Assembly: GCF_000022265.1 (NCBI RefSeq)
Contig: NC_011979.1
Coordinates: 3,630,001-3,662,000 of the forward strand
DNA from: Geotalea daltonii FRC-32
GTDB lineage: Bacteria; Desulfobacterota; Desulfuromonadia; Geobacterales; Geobacteraceae
DNA length: 32,000 nucleotides
Direction: 5' to 3'
A program made the translations under genes and the position numbers. Of this stretch, positions 29,870 through 32,000 are shown piece by piece. Every line of letters starts with the position of its first letter. Within the stretch, counting starts at the first letter, position 1. A model generated the notes under the pieces. It did not search any database, was not told the DNA's origin, and saw only the letters and a program-made list of their open reading frames with translations.

Positions 29870-32000
29870 ATGAGAGTCGCCCCATTCAGAAAAATCCGAC
29901 ACAGGCACGTACCACCTGGCAATCTTACCGGGCCCGACCTGCTGTGGCTGCTTGGCAGTCTCTGCCAACTGCACCGGATCCCATTCGATCCCCTGCTGGT
30001 CGAACGCCAGTTTCCTCCCCCCTGCTCATTCACCTCCATCCATAATGCCCTCCATGCCTTCGGTTTTAAAACCGGTGACCGCTCCCTTCCCGCAAGCGGA
30101 TCTGAACTTAACAAACTGCCACTGCCGGTGGCGGGTTTTCTGCCGCTGCCGGTTACTGACACCCAGCCTCGACAATCGGAAACCTCCGGAAGCACCAGCG
30201 AACCTAACCTCACCCCGATACTGATCGTTAAAGTTAATGAAGACAGCATTCTGTTCTTCCGGCCACGCGCCCAGACACCGGAGACTCTTTCACTGACAGA
30301 GGCCCAGGCGCAGTTGTCCCCTCAGCTGCTGCTGGTCTCCAGTGGCGAACAGACAACGGGCAGCGTCGGTACGGACGGACTGGACGGCCAGCAGGTTACC
30401 CGCCGGTTCGGCTTTCGCTGGTTCATCCCCGAACTGCTCAAGCACAAGCTGATCTGGCGCGACGTGCTCATCGCCTCCCTGATCATCCAGTTGATCGGTC
30501 TGGCCACGCCGCTTTTCACCCAGGTGGTTATTGACAAGGTAGTTGTGCACCAAACCCAGAGCACGCTGGTAGTCATCGGTGTCGGTATGCTGATGTTCAT
30601 TGTCTTCAGCTCCGTCATGACTTGGTTGCGCCAATACCTGGTGTTGCATACAGGCAACCGGATCGATGCGGTGCTGGGTACCCAGGTTTTCAGCCACCTG
30701 CTCCGGCTGCCCCTCACCTACTTCGAGCACCGGCCAACGGGCGTACTGGTAGCCCGCATGCAAGGGGTTGAGAGCATCCGCCAGTTCGTCAGCGGCGCGG
30801 CTGCCTCTCTGGTGCTCGATTTCCCCTTTCTGCTGATCTTTCTGGGGGTCATGTTCTGGTACAGTTGGCAGCTCTCCCTGATCGCCCTGGGTATGCTCTC
30901 CCTGATCGCCTTGATCAGCTTGCTGGTCACGCCGGTCTTTCGTGACAAACTCAATAAGCAGTTCATGCTCGGGGCACGAAACCAGGCCTTCGTCACCGAA
31001 TACGTCTCAGGCATGTCCACCGTCAAGTCACTGCAGATGGAACCGGTGCTGGAAAAACGCTACGGCGATTACCTTGCCTCCTATCTGGCAGCCGGTTTTT
31101 CCACCCGTCAACTCTCCAACACCTACAATACCATTGCCAATGCCATGGAGCAGTTGATGACCCTCGCCATTCTGGTGGTCGGCGCCCTGCTGGTCATGCG
31201 CAACGACGGCTTCACCATCGGCAGACTGGTGGCCTTCCAGATGTTCGCCAATCGGATGAGCCAGCCGATGCTGCGGCTGGTAGGGTTATGGCAGGAGTTC
31301 CAGCAAGCCGACATCGCAGTCAAGCGGCTGGGCGACATCATGGATATGCCGCTGGAGCCCTATTCCCTGGTTCCTACCCGCAGTTCCTCCTCCCAGGGAG
31401 GCGTGATGGAGCTGAAAGATCTGAGTTTCCGCTATTCCGAGCAGCACCCCTTTCTCTACCGCAATCTGAATCTCACCTTCAGGGCAGGCCACTTGAGCCT
31501 CCTCATGGGACCGTCCGGTTGCGGCAAGAGCACGCTGGCCAAACTGCTGCAGGGCTTCTATTTCCCCAGCGACGGCCAGATCAGGATCGACGGTCGGGAT
31601 ATCCGCCACATGGCCGCCAACGAACTCCGCTCCATCTTCGGTGTCGTCCCCCAGGAAACGGTCCTCTTCTCCGGCACCATCTACGAGAACCTGAACCACG
31701 CCAATCCCCACGCCACCTTCCAGGATATCGTCACCGCCTGCCGGCAGGCCGAGATCCATGATGTGATCGAAGGACTGCCCCAGGGCTACCAAACCGAGAT
31801 CGGCGAACAAGGGGTCGGCCTCTCCGGCGGTCAGCGGCAACGGATCGCCATCGCCCGGGCACTGCTTAAGCGCCCCCGCATCCTCATTTTTGATGAAGCC
31901 ACCTCCAATCTGGACCAGCAGACCGCCGAACACTTCGCCGCTACGGTTAACCAGCTTAAGGGCAAAGTTTCCATGATCTTCATCACCCATCAACTGCCCA
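29870..32000 (+). CDS. Type I secretion system ABC transporter (HlyB family: C39-like domain, six-helix transmembrane domain (TMD), nucleotide-binding domain (NBD)); 3' end lies beyond the window
   Basis: Absent from the ORF track because there is no stop in the window. 29870 is the first ATG after the in-frame TGA at 29822, and the frame stays open to 31999. The N-terminus is C39-like (GPDLLWLLGSLCQLHRIPFDPLLVERQF...ILIVKVNEDSILFF). The TMD contains LIWRDVLIASLIIQLIGLATPLFTQVVIDKV. The NBD shows Walker A GPSGCGKST (about 31508-31534), the signature LSGGQRQR and Walker B ILIFDEATS. Confidence 0.92.
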   Translation, partial: MRVAPFRKIRHRHVPPGNLTGPDLLWLLGSLCQLHRIPFDPLLVERQFPPPCSFTSIHNALHAFGFKTGDRSLPASGSELNKLPLPVAGFLPLPVTDTQPRQSETSGSTSEPNLTPILIVKVNEDSILFFRPRAQTPETLSLTEAQAQLSPQLLLVSSGEQTTGSVGTDGLDGQQVTRRFGFRWFIPELLKHKLIWRDVLIASLIIQLIGLATPLFTQVVIDKVVVHQTQSTLVVIGVGMLMFIVFSSVMTWLRQYLVLHTGNRIDAVLGTQVFSHLLRLPLTYFEHRPTGVLVARMQGVESIRQFVSGAAASLVLDFPFLLIFLGVMFWYSWQLSLIALGMLSLIALISLLVTPVFRDKLNKQFMLGARNQAFVTEYVSGMSTVKSLQMEPVLEKRYGDYLASYLAAGFSTRQLSNTYNTIANAMEQLMTLAILVVGALLVMRNDGFTIGRLVAFQMFANRMSQPMLRLVGLWQEFQQADIAVKRLGDIMDMPLEPYSLVPTRSSSSQGGVMELKDLSFRYSEQHPFLYRNLNLTFRAGHLSLLMGPSGCGKSTLAKLLQGFYFPSDGQIRIDGRDIRHMAANELRSIFGVVPQETVLFSGTIYENLNHANPHATFQDIVTACRQAEIHDVIEGLPQGYQTEIGEQGVGLSGGQRQRIAIARALLKRPRILIFDEATSNLDQQTAEHFAATVNQLKGKVSMIFITHQLP

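Noticed and set aside
29870-30290. The N-terminal domain of the ABC transporter as an active C39 bacteriocin-processing peptidase.
   Set aside because: The position expected for the catalytic Cys near the N-terminus reads GPD. The single Cys in LGSLCQLH sits in the helix that is non-catalytic in HlyB-like C39-like domains. This needs a proper alignment to confirm.

Overview
This 32-kb window comes from a moderately GC-rich Gram-negative genome. Lipoboxes, a DsbC homologue and a type I secretion (T1SS) transporter support that. The gene content looks Desulfuromonadales/Geobacter-like, but that is a guess. All domain calls are by-eye motif recognition; no HMM or BLAST search was run.

Left flank (1-4040, minus strand): a 5' partial DEAD-box RNA helicase that is open at the window edge and therefore missing from the ORF track, a CspA-family cold-shock protein, an ABM monooxygenase, a CCA-adding enzyme, and a NodB-type polysaccharide deacetylase lipoprotein.

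Centre (4288-21195, minus strand): one tightly packed operon of about 17 kb, bounded by AT-rich DNA, a TTGACA-17-TATTAA promoter candidate and a perfect 12-bp terminator hairpin. In transcription order it encodes:
- a 1709-aa Sec-signal giant with a transglutaminase-like Cys-His-Asp core;
- two paralogous 160-aa lipoproteins (mature N-terminus CDEEG), separated by a relic of the giant gene's 3' end, which marks a 594-bp tandem duplication;
- a 127-aa secreted protein;
- a cysteine-free 1946-aa giant (HEMMH motif, prenyltransferase/terpene-cyclase-like repeats, 12 CarboxypepD_reg-like modules, CARDB-like C-terminus);
- a 1418-aa giant (IgGFc-binding-N-terminal-like domain, acidic Ca-loop repeats, beta-sandwiches).

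I do not recognise this gene set as a described system, and it is the main candidate for something new.

Right flank:
- genes for a DUF1540 protein, a nitroreductase, a mini ArfB-like GGQ protein, an HD phosphohydrolase and a DRTGG/P-loop protein;
- two tandem ~167-nt elements, each with a long closing helix, wedged between convergent genes;
- genes for a P2-type cation ATPase, an endonuclease Q-like PHP protein and DsbC;
- an AT-rich region with twin A/T palindromes;
- a HlyB-type T1SS ABC transporter that is open at the window end and also missing from the ORF track.

No rRNA, tRNA, CRISPR array or transposase was seen.
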